Part shown: positions 13,201 through 25,800 of the stretch, piece by piece
Layout of the letters: the number at the start of each line of letters is the position of its first letter
Numbering within the stretch: the first letter of the stretch is position 1
NCBI GenBank assembly: GCA_002269645.1
Contig: NIVC01003095.1
Span: 1 to 64,000 of the forward strand
Length of the DNA: 64,000 nt
Origin: Macrostomum lignano
Taxonomy: Eukaryota
Reading direction: 5' to 3'
Translations under genes and position numbers: made by a program
The notes under the pieces: generated by a model
Told to the model about the DNA's origin: nothing
Seen by the model: the letters and a program-made list of their open reading frames with translations, nothing else
Databases searched by the model: none

Positions 13201-16200
13201 GCTCTGATAAGCATGTGTCATTTAGCTCTGATAAGCATGTGTCATGTGGCTCTGATAAGCATGTGTCATGTGGCTCTGATAAGCATGTGTCATGTGGCTC
13301 TGATAAGCATGTGTCATGTGGCTCTGATAGGCATGTGTCATGTGGCTCTGATAGGCATGTGTCATGTGGCTCTGATAAGCATGTGTCATGTGGCTCTGAT
13401 AGGCATGTGTCATGTGGCTCTGATAGGCATGTGTCATGTGGCTCTGATAAGCATGTTTCATGTGGCTCTGATAGGCATGTGTCATTTAGCTCTGATAAGC
13501 ACGTGTCATTTAGCACTGATAAGCATGTGTCATGTGGATCTGATAGGCATGTGTCATGTGGCTCTGATAAGCATGTGTCATTTGGCTCTGATAAGCATGT
13601 GTCATTTGGCTCTGATAAGCATGTGTCATTTGGCTCTGATAAGCATGTGTCATTTGGCTCTGATAAGCATGTGTCATTTGGCTCTGATAAGCATGTGTCA
13701 TGTGGCTCTGATAAGCATGTGTCATTTAGCTCTGATAAGCATGTTAAGCAAATTCAAGTTTATGTGTTCCTACTTGCGATGGTTTAGCTTCTTTTTCCAG
13801 GACAAAATGTCGAGTGTCCTTTGAAAAAAATATGTTTCCTGGGACGTGGGGACTGCGTTGAAAGCCAAGCTTCAAGGGGATTTGCTGTCCCAGTGGGGAT
13901 CCAATGCACCCAGTGTACAAAAATAGTCTTCGATCTTTTGTTTGTCTGCTGCATTTTAAACAGACTTCTGACCATGGTGGCCATCCGTCAAGGTTCTGTT
14001 TGACAGTTGAACAGCTTCTGTGCTGAGGAAAAAATTTGAATCAGTGATGTATCCCAGCTATACTGCAAAATGTTTAAGGGGCTTGTTTATAAGCCTTACA
14101 CAGCATATTTAGGGTGATGTTCCAGGGATGCTATATCAAGGATGCTGTATCAAGGATGCTGTATCAAGGATGCTGTATCAAGGATGTTGTTTAAGGGATG
14201 TTGTTTTAAGGATGTTGTTTAAGGGATGCTGTATCAAGGATGCTGTATCAAGGATGTTGTTTAAGGGATGCTGTATCAAGCATGTTGTTTAAAGGATGCT
14301 GTATCAAGGATGTTGTTTAAGGGATGCTGTATTAAGGATGCTGTATCAAGAATGTTGTTTAAGGGATACTGTATCAAGGATGCTGTATCAAGGATGTTGT
14401 TTAAGGGATTCTGTATCAAGAATGTTGTTTAAAAGACGCTGTATCAAGGATGTTGTATTAAGGATGCTGTATCAAGGATGCTGTATCAAGGATGCTGTAT
14501 CAAGGGTTCTGCATCAAGGATGCTATATCAAGGATACTGTATCAAGGATGTGGTATCAAGGATGCTTTATCAAGGGTTCTGCATCAAAGATGCTGTTCTA
14601 AGTCCACTTGCAAAAAATTTAAATCACACATCGAAAGCTTCACCAATGCTTCATCTTTAGATGTTGAATCAAGTTTCAATGGACAGTTGCTTATAAATCA
14701 ATGCTAACCGATAAAATCGAAATATTTTTAGATTTATCTACTCCAGGGCTGAACACCCTATAGGAGTATTCGATTATCCAGTCAGACTGATTCTGCATTT
14801 CATATCTGCAGTTCCCACTCGAAAAAATGTATAAATTAACAATCCCTTTTCGAAATCTGTTAAGTGTGCTCCGTGTGGCATGAGAATCTCGTTGTCACGC
14901 AACGATTTTCTACACGATTAGAAATTCACAAGCAGTCAGTCCCGGCCTCAGATGGATAGATAGGCCGGACTGAAGCATCGCATATGCCTGTCTTTCTTTC
15001 ATCAGATTGTTCGATCTTCGTTTATGCTATGACTGTGTACCAGTCACGGCTAGCATACTCGAGCGCACGAGCAGTTGGTTTAGTTAATTCCCAAGCCGAA
15101 TAGCTCACGAGATTATCAAGTCCATTTGGGAAATTAAAGTTTTTTGTGAGACTGACTTGAATGTGAGTAATTGTAAAGATTTGCTATTTGCTGATTAATT
15201 TATTTTAGTTCGTTTTAGTAAAGTTTATAAATACTTTATGCTGTTTCACTACTTGACTGTCTAAAGGTAACTGCGTCAAGGATGCTACTTTAGGATCCTG
15301 TTTCCAAGGATAGCTGATAAGACATTTATGGATAGCTGATAAGACGCCAATGGATAGCTGATATAAGACATTATGGATAGCTGATAAGACGCCAATGGAT
15401 AGCTGATATAAGACATTATGGATAGCTGATAAGACGCCAATGGATAGCTGATAAGACGCCAATGGATAGCGGATAAAAGACGCCAATGGATAGCGGATAA
15501 AAGACGCCAATGGATAGCGGATAAAAGACGCCAATGGATAGCGGATAAAAGACGCCAATGGATAGCGGATAAAAGACGCCAATGGATAGCGGATAAAAGA
15601 CGCCAATGGATAGCGGATAAAAGACGCCAATGGATAGCGGATAAAAGACGCCAATGGATAGCTGATAAGACGCCAATGGATAGCTAATACGACGCCAATG
15701 GATAGCTAATAAGACGCCAATGGATAGCTGATAAGACGCCAATGGATAGCGGATAAAAGACGCCAATGGATAGCGGATAAAAGACGCCAATGGATAGCGG
15801 ATAAAAGACGCCAATGGATAGCGGATAAAAGACGCCAATGGATAGCGGATAAAAGACGCCAATGGATAGCGGATAAAAGACGCCAATGGATAGCGGATAA
15901 AAGACGCCAATGGATAGCGGATAAAAGACGCCAATGGATAGCGGATAAAAGACGCCAATGGATAGCTGATAAGACGCCAATGGATAGCTGATAAGACGCC
16001 CATGGATAGCTAATACGACGCCAATGGATAGCTAATAAGACGCCAATGGATAGCTGATAAGACGCCAATGGATAGCGGATAAAAGACGCCAATGGATAGC
16101 GGATAAAAGACGCCAATGGATAGCGGATAAAAGACGCCAATGGATAGCGGATAAAAGACGCCAATGGATAGCGGATAAAAGACGCCAATGGATAGCGGAT

Positions 16201-17115
16201 AAAAGACGCCAATGGATAGCGGATAAAAGACGCCAATGGATAGCGGATAAAAGACGCCAATGGATAGCTGATAAGACGCCAATGGATAGCTAATACGACG
16301 CCAATGGATAGCTAATAAGACGCCAATGGATAGCTGATAAGACGCCAATGGATAGCGGATAAAAGACGCCAATGGATAGCGGATAAAAGACGCCAATGGA
16401 TAGCGGATAAAAGACGCCAATGGATAGCGGATAAAAGACGCCAATGGATAGCGGATAAAAGACGCCAATGGATAGCGGATAAAAGACGCCAATGGATAGC
16501 GGATAAAAGACGCCAATGGATAGCGGATAAAAGACGCCAATGGATAGCGGATAAAAGACGCCAATGGATAGCGGATAAAAGACGCCAATGGATAGCTGAC
16601 ATAAAACATCAATGGACAGCTGATAAGCAGACAAGGCCATCCATGACCAGCAACTTACCGATGTACCGCTCCACCGTTGACGTCACGAGCATCCAGACCG
16701 ACACCATTCTAAACGAATAGGAGAAGAACAGCAGGCTCTGGCACATGATCTGCAGATCCAGCCAAGACTTAGCGGCAGTCGGCAGGAAGTTCTGCTTGGC
16801 CAGCCACTCCGGAATGACGTAGAAGATTAGCACGAGCAGGTCTGCTCCGGACAGACAGGCAAAGTACACGCTGGCACTTTGGTTTTGGAACCTTCGTCTG
16901 GTAAACACTTTGATGCAGAGCGCATTGCCAATACAGCCCAGCAGCACTATCAGCGGAGTAACTACCAGGTAAAATAGGCGACAGAAAAAGCATTCTGACC
17001 TCGGCATAGGCGAGTAAGCGGAGCTTTGAGTCACCGTTGAACTCGAGTTATAAATGCTATTGTTGCATTTTGGTATCAGCGAGCAGAGCAGATTCTCAGT
17101 GATTTCCATTGCCAT
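10208..17115 (-). CDS. Class A (rhodopsin-like) peptide-type GPCR; exons 17115-16659 and 11118-10208
   Basis: TM1 GNALC, TM2 ADLL, TM3 ERY, TM6 LLTWPYY, TM7 YSVNFFLY; phase-1 splice ATCG|gtaagt...cag|GC gives ERYIGVRHPML. Confidence 0.93.
12215..13745. repeat. 24-bp minisatellite (GCTCTGATAAGCATGTGTCATK-type) in the GPCR intron
   Basis: Unit read directly; 8-aa periodic spurious ORFs. Confidence 0.97.
14125..14595. repeat. Degenerate 14-bp repeat (CAAGGATGCTGTAT)n
   Basis: Unit read directly. Confidence 0.9.
15305..16625. repeat. 24/22-bp minisatellite (GATAGCGGATAAAAGACGCCAATG) with higher-order blocks
   Basis: Runs of 24-mers separated by recurring short 21-22-mer cassettes. Confidence 0.95.
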
Positions 17116-17439
17116 TTCAGAGTTTGCTGATAGTTGGAAAAGAATAATGCCAATTGAGTTCAGTAGCGTCAGATCCCGATGTCACGGAACGCGAGGAGAG
17201 GAAGTGAGGAGAAACTTGGGAACTACGGCAGATCTAGGCAACGGATGGGGTTGCGGCAGATGCGGGCTCTCAAGCGCGATTGGCTGACAGATTATTCAAA
17301 AGGAAGGAAGGACGAACTGATAAGCTGGGAGAAATTATTGGGACAAGACAAGAGAGAGAGATGGAGAGGCGGGGATTGAGAAACAGACAGACAGGGTGGG
17401 GCAGTGGGACAGGCTGTCAACACGTGCTATTAAAGAGAC

Positions 17440-17467
17440 AGACACTAAGACAGACAGACAGGCAGGC

Positions 17468-17508
<41 letters not shown>

Positions 17509-17581
17509 CAGGCAGGCAGACAGACAGACAGACAGACAGACAGACACAGACAGACAGATAGACAGACAGACAGACAGACAC

Positions 17582-17636
<55 letters not shown>

Positions 17637-17657
17637 CAGACAGACAGACAGGCAGAC

Positions 17658-17724
<67 letters not shown>

Positions 17725-17745
17725 CAGACAGACAGACAGGCAGAC

Positions 17746-17776
<31 letters not shown>

Positions 17777-17790
17777 CAGACAGGTAGACA
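17440..17790. repeat. (CAGA)n microsatellite
   Basis: Read directly. Confidence 0.97.
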
Positions 17791-18779
17791 GGAGTGTTAA
17801 ATACGCAAATGCACGCAGCCAGGCAAGTGAAAAAGCGCAGGCAGTCGGCAGCAGTAACAAACAGCCCCGTGATTACTCGGGGAGGTAGTCAATCGAAGAG
17901 AAGAGAAAAAAAACCAGAACCAAAGCCGGCAATCCGAAGTAGCACTTGAGAATAGGTGGAAACAAAACAGTGCAAAAAAGCCACACGCACTGACGCAGAG
18001 GCCGCAGGGTTTAAGTAGCATTCGTGAGGAAATGCTCACGGGAGAAATGGCTGTGGGCTAAAAACCTGAGATAAACATAACTAAAAACTCGCCAATATCA
18101 TCTCGCGGCGTCCGTTGCTAGGGTGAGGCAGCTGGAAGCTGCTCTGCTCTGCGATGCAGGGAGTGATGTGTAGCAACGGTAAGACGCACTTGAATAGAGG
18201 TACTTACAGCTAGTATCGAGAGGAAGGATAGAAAGGGGATAAAGGAGGAAAGCAGTTTGTCTGCACAAGCTCCCGGGTCCTTGCTTAGATAAGAGGGGCA
18301 GAGTAGAGACAGACAATGAAACAGGCTGAGAAATCCCACGTGACAGAAGCAATGCAAAAGTGGGAGAAATAACCAGAAAAAGAATTGACAAGACAGAACT
18401 TCAGCAGCAGCAGAAATGCTGTCAGACTCGCTATCCACATCTAATTATTGGCATGTGAAATCGTGGGGACAAAACCAGTACGCACAGCCGATTACCAATT
18501 TAACGACTTGCATCCTCAACCAGTTTTTGAAGAGAAAATACAGTGCAGCAGTTGAAAGCAAGCAGTATAGAGCTTAATCATGCCATCAGCAGGTCTCAAG
18601 GGAAAACCAAGGATCAAATTAATATGCATGCAGAACAGATATCAAGACTGAGAACGGATCAGTAAAAGCAGATCAATTGATGCATTCATTCAAATCGAGC
18701 AGAATTACTCGTAAACAACTAAGACGACTAATTATAGTCGGGAAGACAGTCCATTTTAACAGGAGAATGTCAAATGGCA

Positions 18780-19270
18780 TTTGTAGGCATGTTCTTGTGT
18801 CTTCTCTCTATGGTTGTAGGGATGTCCTTGTGTCTTCTCTCTATGGTTGTAGGCATGTCCTTGTGTCTTCTCTCTATGTTTGTAGGCATGTCCTTGTGTC
18901 TTCTCTCTATGGTTGTACAAGCGGCATGTTCTTGTGTCTTCTCTCTATGGTTGTAGGCATGTCCTTGTGTCCTCTCTATGGTTGTAGGCATGTCCTTGTG
19001 TCTTCTCTCTATGGTTGTAGGCATGTCCTTGTGTCCTCTCTATGGTTGTAGGCATGTCCTTGTGTCTTCTCTCTATGGTTGTACAAGCGGCATGTCCTTG
19101 TGTCTTCTCTCTATGGTTGTACAAGCGGCATGCCTTTCTGTCTTCTCTCTATGGTTGTACAAGCGGCATGTCTTTGTGCCATCAGCTTTCAATGGTTGTA
19201 GGCATGTCCTTGTGTCATCTTGCAATGGTTGTAGACATGTCCTTGTGTCATATGTCTATGGTTGTAGGCA
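18780..19270. repeat. About 33-bp tandem repeat (CTCTATGGTTGTAGGCATGTCCTTGTGTCTTCT)
   Basis: Read directly. Confidence 0.9.
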
Positions 19271-19899
19271 TCTGTCTACCTGTGTCTTTCTATCTACCTG
19301 TTTGTCCATCTAATCTTGTAACCACTTTCTTTGCCCGATTGTGTGTTTATCTCATTTTTGCATAAATCTTCAACAAGTCTCGTTAAAATAGTCACGATAT
19401 TTAACGATGCCAATTAATAAATACTGTTGTAGTGTAAAATTGATTGGACTCAACTAAAATCTCTAAGCTCCCAGATAATTAAAAAGTACATGTAAAATTT
19501 CCAACACTAAAGCCTGAGACAGCCAGAAACTCTTCAGCATCCGTCGCAGAAGTACTTTTACACTGTAACCGCTTGCACGGAGTGTCTAGGCTAATAGGGA
19601 GAAAGTAAGACATTCACAGCCACTAATAAGACAATGAGCTGCCTGAGATGATCGGTGACGAGAAAGCAAGCCAGCTGTCAATTTAAGAGGCCTTCACAAG
19701 GAGACTTTAAAACAGAATTTGGAGTAGCAACTCTACACCAAACACCAAGCCTTACATTGGGACACGGTGAAATCAGCTGCAAGGGATCAGTTAACAATAT
19801 ACAGCATCTATAAGCGATTCTGAGTGTATAGTTCTTTTGTTTAACTATCAATAAACCTGCAATATATTTCAGCTATAGACAGATTGGAAGTAGAGGGAT

Positions 19900-20695
19900 T
19901 AGATTTATTCAGATGCGGAACGTAGTGAGATTAGATTAGATCAGCCGTAAAACATGGTGAGATTTAAGAGACAAAATGAGATTATATCAGATCAGATGAG
20001 AGACACGATGAAATTAGATTAGATCAGATATGAGACATGATGAGATTAGATCAGATCAGATATGAGACATGGCGAGATTAGATCAGATCAGATGTGAGAC
20101 ACTGTGAATTACATTAGACCAGAAGTGAGACACAATGAGATTAGATTAGAACAGATCAGATGAGACACAATGAGATTAGATCAGATATGAGACATGGCGA
20201 GATTAGATCAGATCAGATGTGAGACACGATGAGATTAGATTAGATCAGATGAGAGACACAGTGAGATTAGATTAGATCAGATGAGAGACACAGTGAGTTT
20301 ATATCAGATCAGATGCGAGACACAGTGAGATTAGATTAGATCAGATGCGAGACAGTGAGATTAGATTAGAACAGATGCGAGACAGTGAGATTAGATTAGA
20401 TCAGATGCGAGACAGTGAGATTAGATTAAATCAGATGTGAGACACGATGAGATTAGATCCGATCAGATGTGAGACACGGTGAGATTAGATTAGATCAGAT
20501 GTGAGACACGGTGAGATTAGATTAGATCAGATGCGAGACACAGTGAGATTAGATTAGATCAGATGAGAGACACAGTAAGATTAGATTAGATCAGATGAGA
20601 GACACAGTGAGATTAGATTAGATCAGATGCGAGACACAGTGAGATTAGATTAGATCAGATGTGAGACACGATGAGATCAGATCAGATCAGTATGA
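19900..20695. repeat. About 32-bp minisatellite (GAGATTAGATTAGATCAGATGAGAGACACAGT)
   Basis: Read directly; same unit again at 23540-24265. Confidence 0.92.
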
Positions 20696-21540
20696 GCTGA
20701 AACAAAAACAAAAGACTAAGTGTAAACTGCAAAACCGGCACTGTCTGATAATTATACAGTAGGCAGACCAGAAGCAATTGGAATTCAACAATTAGGAAGC
20801 CACAAGCAACAATTAAGCACAGCTTGGACAATGAAAATATGCCAGCACATCTTGACGTATGTTGCAGCAGTAGGCTTGTGTCTGCCGCTGTCTGTCCTTG
20901 GCTCTTGTCTTTTACAGAACAGCTCGTGAGACAATGAGCGAGCGACTCTAGAGGCCAATAGCTTCAAACAAGAGACAGAAAGGCTCATTGCAGCATCAAA
21001 GAGCCACTTCTTCTTCTTCTAACTCTGTCTGAATGCAAGGTTCCTTGAATTGAGGGCCTGTCTTCCTCCAGAAACACGGAGAAGTGCATTACCTCGGAGA
21101 TCGATTCATCGACTGCAGAGCAGAAGCGAAAGGAAAGGCAAAAAGTAGGCGAGCGAAACGTACAAGGGAAACACGTTTCAAGTTTCACACGCTGAACAGG
21201 GAGGGGCGCACCTTTTGTAACATTAATTTTTCACCTCGTACTCAGGCAGGCAAGGCAGACTCCACGGATTTGGTCCAAGAGAAGTAGCTATATATCGATC
21301 TTTTTTGTCCGAACACGATAGCTGTTTTTTGTCCAAGAAGCCAAGATAGCAAAAAAAATCGTTTGCTACTTTCACAGAGACACTTTCTTTTGCCAGCGCT
21401 AGATTTTCCAAGTTTGCTGTGCCATTTGTAGTTATAAAATTTTGAATTGTTCAAATATACCATGGAACTCATAAGATGCAGCTAATTGCCAACGTTGATG
21501 TGTGTCACGACACATTAATAATAATTAATTGATCACACCT

Positions 21541-21751
21541 GCCCCAATGGGCCAGATGTGCAACCGACAGCTCAGCCGCAGCTATTGCGCGGCGCATCTG
21601 AAGGTTGAGTATGGCTGTTCATTCCAAGGACTGGGGGTCGCCAGACACACCCTCAATTACCCCAGCTAATGCTGGCACCCATTTTCCAGCCGGGTGAACT
21701 GAGTGGGTCGAGAATCGAACCCCCGACTTTTAAGTTGTGGGCTACAACCCC
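21541..21751 (-). mobile_element. SINE family A copy, internally deleted
   Basis: Reverse-complement match to 1421-1726, including B box and 3' tail. Confidence 0.85.
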
Positions 21752-22436
21752 GAAATGACAATAGAAACTTAGCAAGGAACTAAGGCCATTTACATGTAAT
21801 TATGTCGGTCTAGTTTTAAATTAGCAAATGTTTCGATAAACTCTCAGAAGGCAGACTTCTGGCACAGCACATTAATTATCGAATGCAAACAGAAAATGAA
21901 AATTATTAGCTTACAAACAAAAAGTATTTGGAACTGAAAAGAAAGTTCATGCAAGATTTTTTGATTAAATAGGGTTGACGTAAACTTACAAATTATATAT
22001 ATATTAAGACAGTTTAATCCTAAAAACTAAATCGTTAATTATGCTTTAATTTCCGACAAATCTCATCCTACAAAACCAGATAATAAAAGACTATTAAACA
22101 AGTTAAAATTCTAAAAGTTGTTTTCTAATTGTTTTATCAATGCAATAATCAATGAAAAAATAGCAATTAAGAGTCAAAATTGTATTTGTTCCATACAACA
22201 CAAATAAGCATTGCTTTTGTACGCGCAGTGGAATGAATGTTTTTTTGGAAACTGAAAAAATCTGATTAAAGCACGACTGGAACTTCTGGATTGGCAAAGT
22301 TCATAGTTATTCATGCCGATGTAAAGCGTCATGCGTATAATACAAAACTGATGTAAAAAGCTAATAACTAACAGTTATATATTTATTAATTGGAATACAA
22401 TATAGAAAATAATGAAGTTATTATTAAATAAAGTAA

Positions 22437-22741
22437 TGACGTCATAAGCTTCAGCGTCATAGTTTCGCTTTAACAAATGACGTTCAATGAATACTTTAAT
22501 TAAATGACGTCATTTTTGAAGTTATACCGTTTTTACTTTACCTAATGACGTCATTACTTCAAAAATGACGTCATCGTATGAACAGCTAATGACGTCATAA
22601 TTTTAACAAACGACGCCAGAAATTTAACTTATGACGTCATGATTATGATATTGCATATGACTATGATATGACGTCATTACTTTAACAAATGACGTCACAA
22701 CTTCAACTTATGACGTCATCATCAAAAAAGAGATGACGTCA
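22437..22741. repeat. Degenerate repeat with ten perfect TGACGTCA (CRE) palindromes
   Basis: TGACGTCA at 22437, 22505, 22546, 22566, 22590, 22632, 22669, 22690, 22711, 22734. Confidence 0.85.
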
Positions 22742-22874
22742 TTAACAAATACAGATAGAAAGCCTCCCAAAAACCGAATAGTCGAAGTAAAGCAATGTTG
22801 CGCAGTTAAGAAATAAAAAAAAAATTCAATGGTCAGCATAACTGACCAAAGATTAAAAAGAGAAATTTATATAA

Positions 22875-25800
22875 TTACAATCGAGCATTCTCATTCATCT
22901 CGGCGTCTTCATCATCGCAGTCAGCCTCACCGGCGGAGTTGATCAGCGGTTTATAGGCATACTCACCGCCCTGTCGTCGGCCAGCACCAGTCCCTGATCG
23001 ATTAGAAATCGCAGCCGAACCGGACCTGCCTCGAATACTGAAGCACCTACGACGGAATCTCTTGCCAAACAGCAGCACCGTGCACATAAGACAGACGCAC
23101 ACAATTAGCAATAATAAAAGTACAACTGGCGCTTTAACACCGGTAGGCCCGGCGCTATCTTCGCTGCGGCATTCATAAGCCAGATTGACAGCGCCAAGCG
23201 ATGGGAACTGAGCTGGCAGCATTTTCTCTAGCTGGCAATCCGACTGACCGCAAGCTGGTGGCTTCAACAGGACCGGCCGGTATTTCGTGGAGTTATTATA
23301 AGCAAAGCGAACCGTGGCATCGCTGTACACCTCCATGGCGAGCAGGGCCGAAGGCGGAGGCACAAAGCCCAGCTTGGCAACTCCCAGGTCCAGTGCTGAG
23401 GCTAGCGAGGCCACTGTTGAGTCGTGCGCTGAGTAAATGATTAGACTCAGGCCATGATTCTGGTTTTGATTCTTGCTGTTTTTCTGGGAGACTTTGCTGG
23501 TTTGGCCTGATAGTTTCGCTCGGGCACTGCGGGCGAGAGAGATTAGATTAGATCAGATGAGAGACACAGTGAGATTAGATTAAACCAGATGAGAGACACA
23601 GTAAGATTAGGTTCGATCAGATAAGAAAGACAGTAAGATTAGATTTGGTTAGATAACAGACGCAGTGAGATTAGATCATATCAGTTGAGAGACACAGTGA
23701 TATTAGATTAGATCTGATGAGACACGGTGAGATTAGATTAGATCATATAAGAAAGGCAGTGAGATTAGATTCGATTAGATGAGAGACACAGTGATATTAG
23801 ACTAGATCAGATGAGAGACAGTGAGATTAGATTAGATCAGATGAGAGACAGGTGAGATTAGATTAGATCAGAATCAAAACACAGCGATATTAGATTAGAT
23901 CAGATGAGAGACACAGTAAGATTAGATAAGATCAGATGACAGACACAGCAATATTAGATTAGATCAGATGAGAAACACAGTGAGATTAGATTAGATCAGT
24001 TGAGAGACACAGTGAGATTAGATTAGATCAGTTGAGAGACACAGTGAGATTAGATAAGATCAGATGACAGACACAGCAATATTAGATTAGATCAGATGAG
24101 AAACACAGTGAGATTAGATTAGATCAGTTGAGAGACACAGTGAGATTAGATTAGATCAGTTGAGAGACACAGTGAGATTAGATTAGATCAGATGACAGAC
24201 ACAGTGAGATTAGATTAGATCAGATGAAAGACACAGTGAGATTAGATTAGATCAGATGAGAGACAAGAAAAAAGGAGAAACGATTGAAACTGTTTGTGCT
24301 GCCAATAAATCAAAGTCTTTTTAGATCAGATCATAATGGATTTGATATCCACAGCTGTCAGTTCTGAGACGGCAATTGCGGAACAAAATTCGATTGACTA
24401 AACTAACGATTTACAAATGCGTTTCAAGGCAAGAATTTGAAGAAAGAATTTCGAAGTTTCTCTAAATGAATGAAATAAAAATACTAAATGATTTCTATTG
24501 ATCTGGACAAGCCGCCACAAAGTTGCTGCTGACAAAAAGCAATATGAGAAAAATTTGATGTGAAAAGGAGGCATGGCAGAAATAATATAGGGTAAAGGGA
24601 AATAATGGAGAGAGAGAGGGAGAGAGAGAGAGGGAGAATATGAGAAGGGGAGAGGCACACAGGGGAGAGAATGGGAGAGGCACACAAGGGAGAGAATGGG
24701 AGAGGCACACAAGGGAGAGAATGGGAGAGGCACACAAGGGAGAGAATGGGAGAGGCACACAAGGGAGAGAATGGGAGAGGCACACAAGGGAGAGGCACAC
24801 AAGGGAGAGAAAGGGGAGAGGCACACAAGGGAGAGAAAGGGGAGAGGCACACAAGGGAGAGAAAGGGGAGAGGCACACAAGGGAGAGAATGGGAGAGGCA
24901 CACAAGGGAGAGAATGGGAGAGGCACACAAGGGAGAGAATGGGAGAGGCACACAAGGGAGAGGCACACAAGGGAGAGAAAGGGGAGAGGCACACAAGGGA
25001 GAGAATGGGAGAGGCACACAAGGGAAAGAAAGGGGAGAGGCACACAAGGGAGAGAATGGGAGAGGCACACAAGGGAGAGAAAGGGGAGAGGCACACAAGG
25101 GAGAGAATGGGAGAGGCACACAAGGGAGAGAAAGGGGAGAGGCACACAAGGGAGAGAATGGGAGAGGCACACAAGGGAGAGAATGGGAGAGGCACACAAG
25201 GGAGAGAATGGGAGAGGCACACAAGGGAGAGAAAGGGGAGAGGCACACAAGGGAGAGAAGGGGAGAGGCATACAAGGGAGAGAAAGGGGAGAGGCACACA
25301 AGGGAGAGAAAGGGGAGAGGCACACAAGGGAGAGAAAGGGGAGAGGCACACAAGGGAGAGAAAGGAGAGAGGCACACAAGGGAGAGAATGGGAGAGGCAC
25401 ACAAGGGAGAGAAAGGGGAGAGGCACACAAGGGAGAGAAAGGGGAGAGGCACACAAGGGAGAGAATGGGAGAGGCACACAAGGGAGAGAAAGGGAGAGGC
25501 ACACAAGGGAGAGAAAGGGGAGAGGCACACAAGGGAGAGAAAGGGGAGAGGCACACAAGGGAGAGAAAGGGGAGAGGCACACAAGGGAGAGAATGGGAGA
25601 GGCACACAAGGGAGAGAATGGGAGAGGCACACAAGGGAGAGGCACACAAGGGAGAGAAAGGGGAGAGGCACACAAGGGAGAGAATGGGAGAGGCACACAA
25701 GGGAGAGGCACACAAGGGAGAGAATGGGAGAGGCACACAAGGGAGAGAAAGGGGAGAGGCACACAAGGGAGAGAATGGGAGAGGCACACAAGGGAGAGAA

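Noticed and set aside
12215-13745. Regular arrays as possible CRISPRs
   Set aside because: No unique spacers, no cas genes, eukaryotic context.
13790-13990. RNase H-like WIP motif on the minus strand
   Set aside because: GH...GNE...AD catalytic pattern absent.
19500-19810. Possible decayed RTE fragment (LHWDTVKSAARDQL)
   Set aside because: Multiple stops and too short to support by eye.
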